Assembly: GCA_964493595.1 (NCBI GenBank) | Contig: CAZBOX010000002.1 | Location: 2,003 to 66,002, forward strand | Direction: 5' to 3' | DNA: 64,000 bases | Source: an uncultured Candidatus Obscuribacterales bacterium | Lineage (GTDB): Bacteria; Cyanobacteriota; Vampirovibrionia; Obscuribacterales; Obscuribacteraceae | Position numbers and translations under genes: made by a program | Shown here: piece after piece, positions 1 through 9,858 of the stretch | Layout of the letters: every line of letters starts with the position of its first letter | How positions within the stretch are numbered: position 1 is the stretch's first letter | The notes under the pieces: generated by a model | Databases searched by the model: none | What the model was told of the DNA's origin: nothing | What the model saw: only the letters and a program-made list of their open reading frames with translations

Positions 1-96
1 GCCTGTTCCTCAGTCGCTCTGGACTGACGAAGAGATGGGGCTGTAACCCGCTTCGTTCTCGGGTAAAACCGGGCGGTCGCTGATGGACCGGAGTAG

Positions 97-143
97 CGCA
101 TGGGCGCCCCTTAGCAAAGGGTGCTCATGCGTTTACTCTTTTT
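97..143 (+). terminator. Putative rho-independent terminator of an off-window upstream + strand gene or RNA
   Basis: Imperfect GC-rich hairpin CGCATGGGCGCCCC / GGGTGCTCATGCG (97-131, two mismatches) followed by TTTACTCTTTTT. Confidence 0.4.
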
Positions 144-374
144 GTCCGCATGGTATTATAGGGCGTAGTAGAATAATGTTTTCTATCCGCCATTTTCTGA
201 CCCATAGATAAGGCCTCGGCCGAATGAGTGGTGCAAAAATACCGACTGTTTTTGCCCCGGGCACCCTCCGGAGTGATTACAATTTGGTTACTATGGACCA
301 AGATCGTATCTGGAGCATTCGAGTGTAGTGTCGTGGATGTCGCTCGGCTTATCTAATTCAGCGCGAGTAACTGG

Positions 375-2006
375 ATGGCTGAAAAGGGAGTACTGTCGGA
401 TCTAAGAAATCAGTTTGCCAATCTGAAGCTTTCGACCAAGCTGTCGTTGAGTTTCGGGATGGTCTTTCTGGCTTTCATCGCGGTCATCATCACAGCGTCA
501 CTGACATTGTCAGAACTGTCTCTTTATCAGCAAGAGTCCTTCATTAGAGATTTACCGACCACCGAAGGCATGGCCACTTTGAGTGTCAATATGAGGCGAA
601 TGAAGACTGCAGTGCAGATGTTCATTCTTCTGGAAGACCCGACCGGCAAGGATAAAGCCATAGCTGAAATCGAGCAGGTGACGAGGGAAAACGCCGAAAT
701 CATCAGTCAGCTGAAGGAAATTTTTCAAAGCGACCGGGAAATGAGCGACCTTCTTACCTCTATCGATCGCCGCCTGGATAATTTCAACAAACGAATCAAA
801 TGCGTCTTTATCCCAGCCGGCTGCCAGACAAAAGATTTGTCCGAGAAAACATCGGCATTGCGTGACGAGCGCGAAAACGTCAATCAGATGGAAGCGCTCG
901 CCAATGAGCTCAAAGAACTGACTACTAAATATGCAGCCGGACAAGCTGCCCGAGCCAAGCAACAAGCTCAGCATTCTATTGGTGTTCTCTGGACGGTTTG
1001 TCTCGTCGGGGTTACGACTTCGCTTGCTCTTGTAGTTTTGCTCTCCCGAATGACCATCATGCCCCTGGCTCACTTGACCGAGGCGGCGCGGCAGCTTGAA
1101 GAATCAAGCAATGCCGTGACGGTTAAGGATGAGGGACGCACCGATGAGGTGGGAGCATTGACTCGCACTTTCAATAACATGGTCAGAGCAATAAAAGAGC
1201 GCGAAGAGGAACGTGATAAAGCGCTCGGGCGGCTGGAAGTCTCGAATGCAGAACTGAAACAATTTGCTTATGTAGCCGCACACGATTTGAAAGAACCGCT
1301 GCGTACGATGTCGAACTATTTGTCGCTGCTTGGAGAGAGGCTCGAGGGCAAGCTGGATGAGAAAGGTGAGCGTTTCTGGAAGACTGTTTTAAATAGTTCG
1401 CATCGCATGGATGCCCTGATTTCCGATTTGCTTACCTATGCCAAGCTGGGCAGCAAAGCACTGGCGCCGCAACAAGTGGACATGAACGAAGTGGTCCGCA
1501 AGGTGATCGGTGATTTGCAAGTGGTGGTCTCTGAGTCAGGTGCTCGAGTGGAGCGTCACAATCTGCCTCTCGTCTTTGCCGATGGCACGCAAATGGGTCA
1601 ATTGTTGCAGAACCTCGTAGCCAACGGCATCAAGTTCAGAGGCGGCAATGAGCCCAAACTGGACATTGGTGCCAATCGTATCTCCGGCGGCTGGATGTTC
1701 TACGTAAGGGACAACGGCATCGGTTTCGATATGCAGTTTCAGGAGCGCATATTTCTTATCTTCCAACGTTTGCACGGTCGCGATGAGTACGCCGGAACCG
1801 GTTTGGGCCTTGCTGTTTGCAAACGAATCGTGGAGCGTCACGGCGGAAAAATCTGGGCTGAGTCGAAACCAGGTGAAGGCTCTACCTTCTACTTCACTTT
1901 GCCTGACGATCTGCAAAATAATTCAATAGATACGAATGGACGAGCACCATCCAATGATGGGGATAGTCCGGTAGGACCCTCGGATGCGACAGTCGAATCT
2001 GGTTAA
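375..2006 (+). CDS. Sensor histidine kinase (TM sensor region, HAMP-like linker, HisKA, HATPase_c)
   Basis: 543-aa ORF. Two hydrophobic segments flank a helical region. H-box FAYVAAHDLKEPLRTM. ATPase boxes NLVANGIKF, RDNGIGF and GTGLGLAVCKRIVERHGG. Confidence 0.9.
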   Translation: MAEKGVLSDLRNQFANLKLSTKLSLSFGMVFLAFIAVIITASLTLSELSLYQQESFIRDLPTTEGMATLSVNMRRMKTAVQMFILLEDPTGKDKAIAEIEQVTRENAEIISQLKEIFQSDREMSDLLTSIDRRLDNFNKRIKCVFIPAGCQTKDLSEKTSALRDERENVNQMEALANELKELTTKYAAGQAARAKQQAQHSIGVLWTVCLVGVTTSLALVVLLSRMTIMPLAHLTEAARQLEESSNAVTVKDEGRTDEVGALTRTFNNMVRAIKEREEERDKALGRLEVSNAELKQFAYVAAHDLKEPLRTMSNYLSLLGERLEGKLDEKGERFWKTVLNSSHRMDALISDLLTYAKLGSKALAPQQVDMNEVVRKVIGDLQVVVSESGARVERHNLPLVFADGTQMGQLLQNLVANGIKFRGGNEPKLDIGANRISGGWMFYVRDNGIGFDMQFQERIFLIFQRLHGRDEYAGTGLGLAVCKRIVERHGGKIWAESKPGEGSTFYFTLPDDLQNNSIDTNGRAPSNDGDSPVGPSDATVESG

Positions 2007-2079
2007 AGGAGCCGGCAGAAAGCTCTGATACCACTTTTAGGGGACTGACTGGAAGTCGTTTATGTGACAAGCTAGAGCT

Positions 2080-2553
2080 GTGGTCTGCCTCGTGAATCTC
2101 TCCCATTTCGTGAATGGAATTAAGCCAGCAAAAGTTGTCGTTGCCGACGATGATCAATCGGCGGTTGATTTGCTGCGCGAGGCTTTCGAGCGCTCTGCCT
2201 TCAGCTGCCAGCTCGAGGCTGTTTTCAGCGGGCAGCAACTGCTCGATTATTTGCGCAAAGAAGAAGGCAGAGAAGACGAGCGCCCGTCTCTTATTTTGTT
2301 GGATTTGAACATGCCGGGAAAAGACGGCCGCCAGACTCTGCGCGAAATCAAAGCAGATCCCGAACTGAAAAACATACCGATTATCATTATGACGTCGTCC
2401 GAATTGGAAGAAGACATAGAGAAGAGTTACCAGTCCGGAGTGAACGCTTACTTGAAGAAACCCAATCTCTTTGCAGATCTGGTTAAAATGGCCGGTGCTA
2501 TCAAAGATTTCTGGTTCGGTTGCGCGACTTTGCCGCAACACCCATATATCTGA
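2080..2553 (+). CDS. Single-domain response regulator (CheY-like receiver)
   Basis: REC landmarks VVVADDD, ILLDLNMPGKDG, IIIMTSS and AYLKKP, with no output domain. Lies directly downstream of the kinase. An in-frame GTG at 2110 is an alternative start. Confidence 0.85.
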   Translation: MVCLVNLSHFVNGIKPAKVVVADDDQSAVDLLREAFERSAFSCQLEAVFSGQQLLDYLRKEEGREDERPSLILLDLNMPGKDGRQTLREIKADPELKNIPIIIMTSSELEEDIEKSYQSGVNAYLKKPNLFADLVKMAGAIKDFWFGCATLPQHPYI

Positions 2554-2580
2554 AGGCCCTCGGCTCTCAAAGGACGTATC

Positions 2581-3060
2581 ATGTGTGACCGGCTTCGATT
2601 CTTGTCTTCACGTACGGCTGCCGCTGTTTTCTCATTGTTGATGGGTTTCATCATCTCATTGACTTCACTGCCGGTTGCCGTCGCCGACGAGGAGTCCGAC
2701 GACAGGGTTCTGGTTGTTTTTGTATTCGACAAGTCTTGCCGAATTTCTTGTGATGCAGTCAGACCGATTTTTAAACAGCTAAAAACTGATTACGGCGACA
2801 GAGTCAAATTCGTTGAATTGGACGTTTCCAAAGATGTGCTCAGCGAGTCCCAAAAAACTGCCAGGACTCTCAATATAAAGCGCTTTCTCGATGATACTGA
2901 AGACTGGTATCCGGCAGTCGGTGTTTTCACTGGCAGTCGCAAAAAAATAAAAGAAATTCTCGGCGCAAAACCGAAACAGCAATATGTGGAGGCGATCGAC
3001 AAAGCGCTTGCTGCACAGCAAAAAGAGGGCACAACAGAGAAAGTGAAAAGGAAAAACTAG
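2581..3060 (+). CDS. Secreted or membrane-anchored thioredoxin-fold-like protein (tentative)
   Basis: N-terminal hydrophobic segment, then VVFVFDKSCRISCDAVRPIFKQL...VKFVELDV, which resembles a thioredoxin fold. The cysteines are CxxxC rather than CxxC. Confidence 0.45.
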   Translation: MCDRLRFLSSRTAAAVFSLLMGFIISLTSLPVAVADEESDDRVLVVFVFDKSCRISCDAVRPIFKQLKTDYGDRVKFVELDVSKDVLSESQKTARTLNIKRFLDDTEDWYPAVGVFTGSRKKIKEILGAKPKQQYVEAIDKALAAQQKEGTTEKVKRKN

Positions 3061-3085
3061 TAAGACCGAGAATCGAGCTTTCTTT

Positions 3086-3709
3086 ATGCGTCCTCAAATT
3101 GTGTCCGCTATTCTGCTCGTGTTTGCCGCCTCCACAACTGCTTATTGTCAGTCTTCCGACTCACAAGTGGACTTGAGCGCTCTGGAGCACCGGGGGCGCG
3201 AATATTCCAACAAAAGACAATGGGCGCGAGCGCAAAGCGTCTACAGGACGATTCTCGAAAAACGACGACAAACATTGCCGGCTCTGGATCCTCGTTTGAT
3301 CGGTCCTCTAAATGATGTGATTCGAGTTACATGCGTGGATGGCAAATGCGCAGATACCGTGCCTCTTTTAAATGATCTTTTGGCGATACGCCTCAAGCAT
3401 TCAGGTCCCTGGCATGCCGACGTTGCCACTACATATGCCCTGATTGCCGAAGCTAATGAAAAAATGCATCGTTATCCTGAAGCGGTGAAGAATTTCAATC
3501 AAGCTGCAAAAGTTAGAGATCGCATATACGGCAAATCTGCGAGCATCTCGGTGCAGACCAGAATGAATGTGATTAGAATCGCCTTGAAGAATGGGGATAA
3601 GGCTACAGCAAAGGCGACTCTTGCGGAATGCCGTGCGCTTATTCGCTCAGGTGGAAAGCCGCAGCCCGAATTAGACAGGGTGCTTTCTTACTACGCAAGC
3701 AAAATCTAG
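3086..3709 (+). CDS. Secreted helical-repeat (TPR-like) protein
   Basis: Signal-peptide-like N-terminus MRPQIVSAILLVFAASTTAYC, followed by helical repeat-like sequence. Product call is weak. Confidence 0.5.
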   Translation: MRPQIVSAILLVFAASTTAYCQSSDSQVDLSALEHRGREYSNKRQWARAQSVYRTILEKRRQTLPALDPRLIGPLNDVIRVTCVDGKCADTVPLLNDLLAIRLKHSGPWHADVATTYALIAEANEKMHRYPEAVKNFNQAAKVRDRIYGKSASISVQTRMNVIRIALKNGDKATAKATLAECRALIRSGGKPQPELDRVLSYYASKI

Positions 3710-3896
3710 GGTGGCTCTTTTTTAGTGTTTTTCTCTCAAAACCACTTTTGTTTCCAACTTTGTCACTTTTAGTCCGTAAAACCTATGTATAGCCATCGCG
3801 GTGGCTTCTTATTCCCCGTCTTCTCCTGCACGCAAAAGTATTACTGGTTTGGCGAATTTTTCTTCCCGAAAAGCCAGCTGAAGGCACGGAGGTTTC

Positions 3897-5372
3897 ATGA
3901 GAACCAGCCATGTGCACAATTTACCTGTCGTACTGTCACGACAATCAAGGGTTTCGCTGCCTCAACAGGTGGGTGATGAGCTGAAGCGGCTCATTCTCGA
4001 GGGCTATTTCAATCCCGGCGCTGTTCTGCCCTCCTCTAGAACCTTGTGCGAAATACTGCAGGTCGGTCGCTCCACGATCATTGAAGCATTCGAGCAGCTC
4101 AAATCGGAAGGTTATCTGGTGGCGGCGGCTGGCTCAGCAACGCGCGTGAGCGACAATATTCCCCTGGCGGTGCCCGAGGCGCCTCTTCCGGAAGCGCATC
4201 AGCTGCGGCTCAGCTCGCTTTCCGATTATGCCAATAGAGTGCAGAAAAGCAATTTTCTTTACGACCGCAAGGAGGAGCCGGAAATAGCTTTTTATAGCTG
4301 GCGCATTGCTCGAGACGCCACGCCTCTGCGCGAGTTCAAACAGTTGATGTCTCGCTTCTCGCAAGCCAGCGAGCAGGAAATGCTTTTTGATTATCAAGAC
4401 GATCCTCTAGGCTACAGACCTCTTCGCGAGGTGCTATCCCGATACCTGGAAAAAACCAAAGGGATCAAAGCCGATCCGCAGCAGATCTTGATTGTTACAG
4501 GTCTTCCTCAGGCTCTCAATCTCATTTCGCGTATTCACTTGGAGCGCGGCGATCTGGCCGTGGTGGAAGAACCTTGCTATCCGCCTACGCGCAAATACTT
4601 CGAGAGCGAGGGAGCATCTACAGTTTCGCTTAAAGTAGATAGCCAGGGGTTGATGGTCGATCAGCTTCTCAGGGCGCCGTCGCTAAGAGTACGTCTCGTT
4701 TACCTGACTCCTACCCACCAGTATCCGATGGGCAGCCGATTGTCCCTGACACGACGCTTGAATTTGCTTTCCTGGGCTGGAACCAGCGGTGCCTTCATTG
4801 TCGAAGATGAGCATGACAGCGAATTTTCTTACGGTACTAATCCGATGCCCGCTCTGAAAGCGCTGGATAAGCTGGACTCGGTAATTTATATCGGCAATTT
4901 CGCCAAAGTCATGTTTCCCTCTCTTTCTGTCGCTTATATGGTTCTGCCTCGCGATCTGACCGGAGTCTATGCCAAAGTTCGCCAGTATGGAAGTGATGCC
5001 GTTTCTCTGCCCATACAGTGCGCACTCGCCGATTTCATACAGCGCGGACTGCTGCGCAAGCACGTAAAGCGCATGCATGGAATTTACGAGAGCCGTCGCG
5101 ATGCTATGATTTCCAGCTTGAAAGAACACTTCGGCGAGCGCGTCGAAATTGCCGGTGAACATGCCGGTTTGCATTTATATGTCAGGTTTAAGACCGAGCT
5201 GAGCGACGCCGAAATTGTAGAGCGTGCCTGGCAAAGAGGTGTGGGCATCACGCCCATAGCTTCATTCTATGCCGGTCTTGCCCCTCAAGGAGAATTTATT
5301 TTCGGCTTCGGCGACACGGCAACCTCCGTTATTCGCGAAGGCATTTACAGACTCTCGCAAGTGATTTCGTAG
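3897..5372 (+). CDS. MocR/PdxR-type transcriptional regulator (GntR wHTH fused to a PLP aminotransferase-like domain)
   Basis: N-terminal GntR HTH LPSSRTLCEILQVGRSTIIEAFEQLKSEGYL plus a ~360-aa aminotransferase-like C-terminal part. GGAGG lies upstream of the ATG. Confidence 0.85.
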   Translation: MRTSHVHNLPVVLSRQSRVSLPQQVGDELKRLILEGYFNPGAVLPSSRTLCEILQVGRSTIIEAFEQLKSEGYLVAAAGSATRVSDNIPLAVPEAPLPEAHQLRLSSLSDYANRVQKSNFLYDRKEEPEIAFYSWRIARDATPLREFKQLMSRFSQASEQEMLFDYQDDPLGYRPLREVLSRYLEKTKGIKADPQQILIVTGLPQALNLISRIHLERGDLAVVEEPCYPPTRKYFESEGASTVSLKVDSQGLMVDQLLRAPSLRVRLVYLTPTHQYPMGSRLSLTRRLNLLSWAGTSGAFIVEDEHDSEFSYGTNPMPALKALDKLDSVIYIGNFAKVMFPSLSVAYMVLPRDLTGVYAKVRQYGSDAVSLPIQCALADFIQRGLLRKHVKRMHGIYESRRDAMISSLKEHFGERVEIAGEHAGLHLYVRFKTELSDAEIVERAWQRGVGITPIASFYAGLAPQGEFIFGFGDTATSVIREGIYRLSQVIS

Positions 5373-5385
5373 CATGCTAGGCTGA

Positions 5386-5715
5386 ATGTATTCCTTGACG
5401 GTCCTATTCATGCTACCCAGATTTTCGGCGCTTGCCCTATCGACATTGTCTCTTTTGACTTGCGTGGCGCTGCAAGCACACGCGCAAGACCAGCCGAAAG
5501 AGAGCGACAAGTGCGAAATCAAAGAATTGAAAACAACGCTTGCGGTTGATGTTCTGACCTCGCGCTCGAAAGTGTTCAGAACAAAGCAGAAGATCAAACG
5601 AGTGGCGGTCAGTGATCCTTCTGTAGCAGAGATTGTGCTCATGTCTGAAAATCAGATTGTGGTGATCGGGAAAAATCCTGGTGCCATCAATGTGACGGTC
5701 TGGTGCGAAAAGTAG
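5386..5715 (+). CDS. Small secreted protein with a pilus-assembly/secretin N-terminal-like domain
   Basis: Signal peptide, then KRVAVSDPSVAEIVLMSENQIVVIGKNPGAINVTVW, reminiscent of the CpaC/T2SS pilus N-terminal domain. Confidence 0.5.
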   Translation: MYSLTVLFMLPRFSALALSTLSLLTCVALQAHAQDQPKESDKCEIKELKTTLAVDVLTSRSKVFRTKQKIKRVAVSDPSVAEIVLMSENQIVVIGKNPGAINVTVWCEK

Positions 5716-5761
5716 GCGGGTCTCAACTGTTTACTAAAGGATGTAGTAAAGCAATAAAAAA

Positions 5762-5814
5762 AGGAAAACGCTTCGGCTGAATGTCACTTGACCCAGTCGA
5801 AGCGTCTCCTTTTT
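5762..5814. terminator. Bidirectional stem-loop between convergent genes
   Basis: GGAAAACGCTTCGGCTG ... CAGTCGAAGCGTCTCC imperfect hairpin. It is preceded by an A-run (5754-5761) and followed by a T-run (5809-5814). Confidence 0.5.
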
Positions 5815-5819
5815 CATGC

Positions 5820-6485
5820 TCAGGCTTTGGACGGCTTGTCGTACTTGAGCGAGACGGGGTCGAAAATGACCACGTCTTGCGCCGCCAGTGTCTTGCCGGG
5901 AGCCCAGCTGTTGAACGCGTCCTTGGTCACGCCCCAGTTGCCGTGATGGAAACCGGTGACGTCATAAGGACGCGACAAGATGTAGGCTTTGCAGGTCATG
6001 GCGATCTGTCGAGCCTGCCTGTAGAGTTCTGTTAGATCATCGCGGGTTGCGACCATTCCTTGCGGAACCGGATCGCTGCCGCGTTCGATTCTGTGGATGC
6101 GGTAGCCCGACCAGAAGTCGAGCTTCTCCATCTGCAAGAGCGAAACGTCTCCATCGACAACGAGCAAAAGATGATCCGGAATTTTCACACCGAACGTCTT
6201 TTGAAGACGAATCAACGCCGTGGCCTGATCAATCAGCATGCCCGGGTCGTCCAGCTTGAATACGAGTTTTTCGTCCAAGCTAAACCACACACGCACACGA
6301 GTGACGTCATCACGGTGATGATACTTCTTCGGCTCGTCATAAACGAGGCGCCAGCCATTTTGCATGAAAACGGAGGCGGAAATGCCGGGGCGTTCTTCCT
6401 GCTTGAGCAGGCCGAATGTCAGGTCATCCTGCCTGCGCGCCGCAATGAGAGAAGCTTTGTTCTCCCCTAAATTGACTTCAGACAT
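5820..6485 (-). CDS. Hypothetical protein at the distal end of the GC-rich Ter block
   Basis: 221-aa frame from ATG 6485 (MSEVNLGENK...) with a GAGG-type RBS. GC-rich codon usage matches its neighbours. I recognise no motif. The maximal ORF extends to 6530. Confidence 0.6.
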   Translation of the reverse strand: MSEVNLGENKASLIAARRQDDLTFGLLKQEERPGISASVFMQNGWRLVYDEPKKYHHRDDVTRVRVWFSLDEKLVFKLDDPGMLIDQATALIRLQKTFGVKIPDHLLLVVDGDVSLLQMEKLDFWSGYRIHRIERGSDPVPQGMVATRDDLTELYRQARQIAMTCKAYILSRPYDVTGFHHGNWGVTKDAFNSWAPGKTLAAQDVVIFDPVSLKYDKPSKA

Positions 6486-6560
6486 ATAACCTCTATTTGG
6501 TTTCGATGAGGGTGGAAGGAGGCACCGCACGTGGTGCCTCCTTCCCGGAAGGACCGACCC

Positions 6561-7067
6561 TTACTTCGGGTCGATCATCGATACTGCGGCGTCGGTGAGC
6601 TGACCGTCGTCACCGTCCGCCTGAGGCACCGACCGCACGTTGGCCCGTTTGGCCGTGGCGAAGTGAGCCTCGGCGCGAACGATCATCGCTTCGGCCTGCT
6701 CGGTCATCTCGTCGATGACCACCGGCAGGTAGCTGACCGCCGCTTCCTGATTGATGCCGAACTGCTTCATCACCGTCTGGGCGATGGCTTGCGCGGCACC
6801 GGCCAGGCTGGCGATCACCTTTTCGAGTTCGCTGCGCTTGGTCGGCAGGGGCATGGAAAGCGTCTGGACATTGAAGCCCATCGACTGGCACGCCGTGCTG
6901 AGAATGGCCCCGGCCTGTTTGGCGAGCGCCAGACCCACCAGCGCTTCGCCGGCGACGACTTTGTTTTCGCTCTGCACCAGCACCATGCCTTCCTTGAAGG
7001 GTTCCAGCCGGTCGGCCAGTCCCTTCAGGCGAAGGAAGCGCTCGTCGAGCTTCGGTTTGAGTGACAT
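6561..7067 (-). CDS. Hypothetical helical protein
   Basis: 168-aa ORF, Ala/Leu/Glu-rich and predicted helical. No recognisable motif. It does not resemble TerB by eye. Confidence 0.55.
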   Translation of the reverse strand: MSLKPKLDERFLRLKGLADRLEPFKEGMVLVQSENKVVAGEALVGLALAKQAGAILSTACQSMGFNVQTLSMPLPTKRSELEKVIASLAGAAQAIAQTVMKQFGINQEAAVSYLPVVIDEMTEQAEAMIVRAEAHFATAKRANVRSVPQADGDDGQLTDAAVSMIDPK

Positions 7068-7190
7068 AGTTTTACTCCCAATTTCTGAAGCGCGCCTGAG
7101 CGCGCTCCCTTATATCGAGTCGCACATTAAGCGCCCCGAGCGCCGGGAATACCGGCTGTGGATTTGGAGCAGAGCCTGGTGGCCCTGCGG

Positions 7191-7505
7191 TCAGCGGAAG
7201 AGAACGGCGTGCCCGCCCCGCTTCAGCGAGACGATGCCGACCACCGCAAAGATGATGGCGATAGCGGCCGAGACAAGCAGCCGGATCTCGTCGGCAGGCA
7301 CCAGCCCGGTGAAGGGACCGATCATGCAGATGAAGGAAGCGCAGCCGATGAAGTAGGCGGCCGGCGGAGCGTAGATGTGCATGCGCGGGACGCTGCGCAC
7401 CGACTGCGGGATGGAGATCATCGTCGCCCAGATGCCGGCAGTGGCCATGGCCAGCGTCGGAATGGCGATGAGGAGGAGGGCGAAGGGGAGATCGAAGAGC
7501 GACAT
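7191..7505 (-). CDS. Small integral membrane protein (about 3 TM)
   Basis: 104-aa ORF with hydrophobic segments LPFALLLIAIPTLAMATAGIW, AAYFIGCASFICMIGPF and LLVSAAIAIIFAVVGIV. Confidence 0.55.
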   Translation of the reverse strand: MSLFDLPFALLLIAIPTLAMATAGIWATMISIPQSVRSVPRMHIYAPPAAYFIGCASFICMIGPFTGLVPADEIRLLVSAAIAIIFAVVGIVSLKRGGHAVLFR

Positions 7506-7594
7506 GGTCAGCTCCTTATGGTTGGGGCGTACTTGTTAGCCCCGGGTTGCGGGACGGAGCGCGGTTGCGCTCCACGCAGAAGTGAAGCCAGGCA

Positions 7595-8638
7595 TCAAGC
7601 CTGGCTCACAATCGTCCTGGTCTTGCGGTTGAAACGGATGCCCGTTTTCGGCTCGGGGATGTCTTCAGGAGTCGCCGTCCCTGCGGCCAGGCGAATCGCC
7701 CAGTAGGGAAGCAGAACTCCTGTGAAGATGCCCCAGTGGATGCCGCCGGCCATGCGAGCATTGATTTCCAGCAAGAAACGCGTGCCGTCGTCACCTTCCA
7801 GAAACTGCACGTTGTACAGTCCGGAAAGCCCAAGTAGCTCAGTCAAAGCTTTCGACTGCTCTACCAAGTCCGGGCAGTCCTCGAGGAGTTCCTCGATTCC
7901 GCCGGGAAACTTCACGCGGGTTACGGCTTTGACGAGCACGCCGTCTTCTGCCAGGCAGTCGACGCTGTACTCGGGACCGTTCAGATACGGCATCACCATC
8001 ATCTCGGGCAGCGGCGAGCCTTCCGCCACCAGGTAGGCGCGAGCATCAGGCATGGTGAGCGGCTTGAAGTCGCCGTTGTGCGCATGCGGATACTGGTCGC
8101 CCAGGTCGGAGACGATGCGGAACCCGTGCCCGCCCAGTCCTTTGACCGGCTTGAAGCAGAGGGTCTGGAAGCGCTCGCGGTAAGCCTTGAGAGCTTCCAT
8201 TACTTGCTCGATGTCGGCGGCAAGCGTGTAAGGCGGGATCTCGATACCCAGTCCGCCGGCCTCGCGCACCACGTCGTAGAGCTCTGACTTGCTCTTGAGC
8301 AGGCTGATGGTGGCGGCATCGCCGGCGACCAGCACCTTGCACCCGAGGGCGGCGAAGCGATCTTGAGCAGCGGAGAGCGCGATCGTGTAGCTGTGCGGAA
8401 TCAGCACATCCACTTTCTCGCGCGCCGCGAATGCCAGAGCCCATTCGACGTAGGCTGCGGCATTGCCGGTCGGCTCGACCTGGAAGAAGTCGGCTACCTC
8501 AGCGACGGGCGCTTCGGCATTGGCGTGCGTACAGATGATGCGCATCTCTTCGCCGTCTGCCAGGGATTGTCGAATTCCCTTGATCAGATGGACCGTCTGC
8601 GACAGTCCGCGATTGAACCAGACAGTGATCTTTTTCAT
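7595..8638 (-). CDS. ATP-grasp enzyme (Ter-associated biosynthetic operon)
   Basis: Start MKKITVWFNRG at 8638 with an AAGGA RBS. ATP-grasp-type C-terminal core YNVQFLEGDDGTRFLLEINARMAGG. The maximal ORF extends to 8698. Confidence 0.85.
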   Translation of the reverse strand: MKKITVWFNRGLSQTVHLIKGIRQSLADGEEMRIICTHANAEAPVAEVADFFQVEPTGNAAAYVEWALAFAAREKVDVLIPHSYTIALSAAQDRFAALGCKVLVAGDAATISLLKSKSELYDVVREAGGLGIEIPPYTLAADIEQVMEALKAYRERFQTLCFKPVKGLGGHGFRIVSDLGDQYPHAHNGDFKPLTMPDARAYLVAEGSPLPEMMVMPYLNGPEYSVDCLAEDGVLVKAVTRVKFPGGIEELLEDCPDLVEQSKALTELLGLSGLYNVQFLEGDDGTRFLLEINARMAGGIHWGIFTGVLLPYWAIRLAAGTATPEDIPEPKTGIRFNRKTRTIVSQA

Positions 8639-8849
8639 TGTTTGTCCTTTACCTAATTGCAGAGCGCCGGTGATGCGCTCCTGAGTTATGCAAGACAACG
8701 AGCGTCATCAAATTGGGCTCGCTCAGCGACCACGCTATAGGCGTCACACAGTCGCTTACTTTTTTGCTGGCGGGCGGTTGCCGAACGCAGTTCCTTTTGC
8801 ATTCGCCCAAAAACAACCGTCCCGCCGTCCTGTATAGACCGCTGTCTGA

Positions 8850-9848
8850 TCAGGCTTCGCGCACGCCGTAGAGGTCGGCGCGCTCGATGATCGCCCGCGC
8901 CCACTTCGTGTGGGTGGTGGGCTCGCACATGCGGCCGTTCATCTTGAAGACGGCGGCGGCGTCCGGCATGAGGATGCGGCGGGCTTCCTCGAGATCGCAG
9001 GCGTCGACGCGGAAGCCCGCTTCGATGAGCCGGATCTGATCCGGATGGATGGCGGTCTTGCCGAAAAGCCCCTGCAGCAGGTCGAGCTCGACTTCCTGCG
9101 CCAGCACCTCCGGGTTGTTGATGCATTCGCAGACGGGCGCGGTCAGACCGAATCCGAAGGGAATGAATTCGCCGGAGAGGCGCTTGATCACCTCGCCGAC
9201 CGGGGTGTCGTAGATGGTGCGGCGCGGGTCGCGGCGGACGCCGACGCAGTGCAGCAGGTCGTTGCCGCCGATGCGCAGCGCCAGGATGCGGTCCTTGGCG
9301 ATGTCGTCGTTCTGGAGGAGGTCACGCAGCTTGCCCATCTCCTTGGCGTTGAAGACTTCCTTCGTCTCCAGGGTGGGCATCAGCTTGAAGGGATCCTTCT
9401 CGGTGAGCATGGCCAGGTAACGGGGCATCGAGGCGGCCGTGATCTTCGGAAGGACGAAGCCGTCGACGTGCTGGATGCCGCGCATGCGCACGCACTTGCC
9501 GAGCACCTCGGGGTTGCGCACGCGGATGAAGCGCATCGGCTTTTCCGGACCGTCTTCGAAGAGCTTGAGCGCCTTGCCGAGGTTGTTGATCGCGAACTGC
9601 AGCTCGTCGACGCGGACGGCGTCCTCGAGGCAGAAGATGACGGAGCGCAGGAAGGGGTACTTCTGCCCGTTGGCGATGGCGACGATGTTTTCGACCGGCT
9701 GGGTGCAGGGCACGTACATGCTGGCGCCCAGGTGGATCTGCGAGCGGTTCTGATTCATTTGTGCGTTTCCTTTGATGTGGAGCGCATCGGCGTGCGCCCC
9801 GAAGTTAAGTTGAGAGAGGTAGGCGGCGAGTCTTTGTGATTCGCTCAT
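8850..9848 (-). CDS. HpcH/HpaI aldolase / citrate lyase beta-like enzyme
   Basis: Family-like segments GASMYVPCTQP, IFCLEDAV and LALRIGGNDL. An alternative start at 9758 (MNQNRS) has a better AAGGAA RBS. Confidence 0.8.
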   Translation of the reverse strand: MSESQRLAAYLSQLNFGAHADALHIKGNAQMNQNRSQIHLGASMYVPCTQPVENIVAIANGQKYPFLRSVIFCLEDAVRVDELQFAINNLGKALKLFEDGPEKPMRFIRVRNPEVLGKCVRMRGIQHVDGFVLPKITAASMPRYLAMLTEKDPFKLMPTLETKEVFNAKEMGKLRDLLQNDDIAKDRILALRIGGNDLLHCVGVRRDPRRTIYDTPVGEVIKRLSGEFIPFGFGLTAPVCECINNPEVLAQEVELDLLQGLFGKTAIHPDQIRLIEAGFRVDACDLEEARRILMPDAAAVFKMNGRMCEPTTHTKWARAIIERADLYGVREA

Positions 9849-9858
9849 GGCGCCGTTC

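Noticed and set aside
1-96. Structured RNA (RNase P-like 3' region or a riboswitch) at the window edge, because of CTGTAACCCGCTTCG and GGGTAAAACCGGGCGG.
   Set aside because: The resemblance to the ACAGAACCCGGCTTA region of RNase P RNA is partial, and the element is truncated by the window edge. It cannot be supported without a covariance-model search.
6561-7067. Calling the 168-aa helical protein TerB.
   Set aside because: It lacks the paired acidic metal-binding helices and the overall pattern of TerB. The similarity is compositional only.
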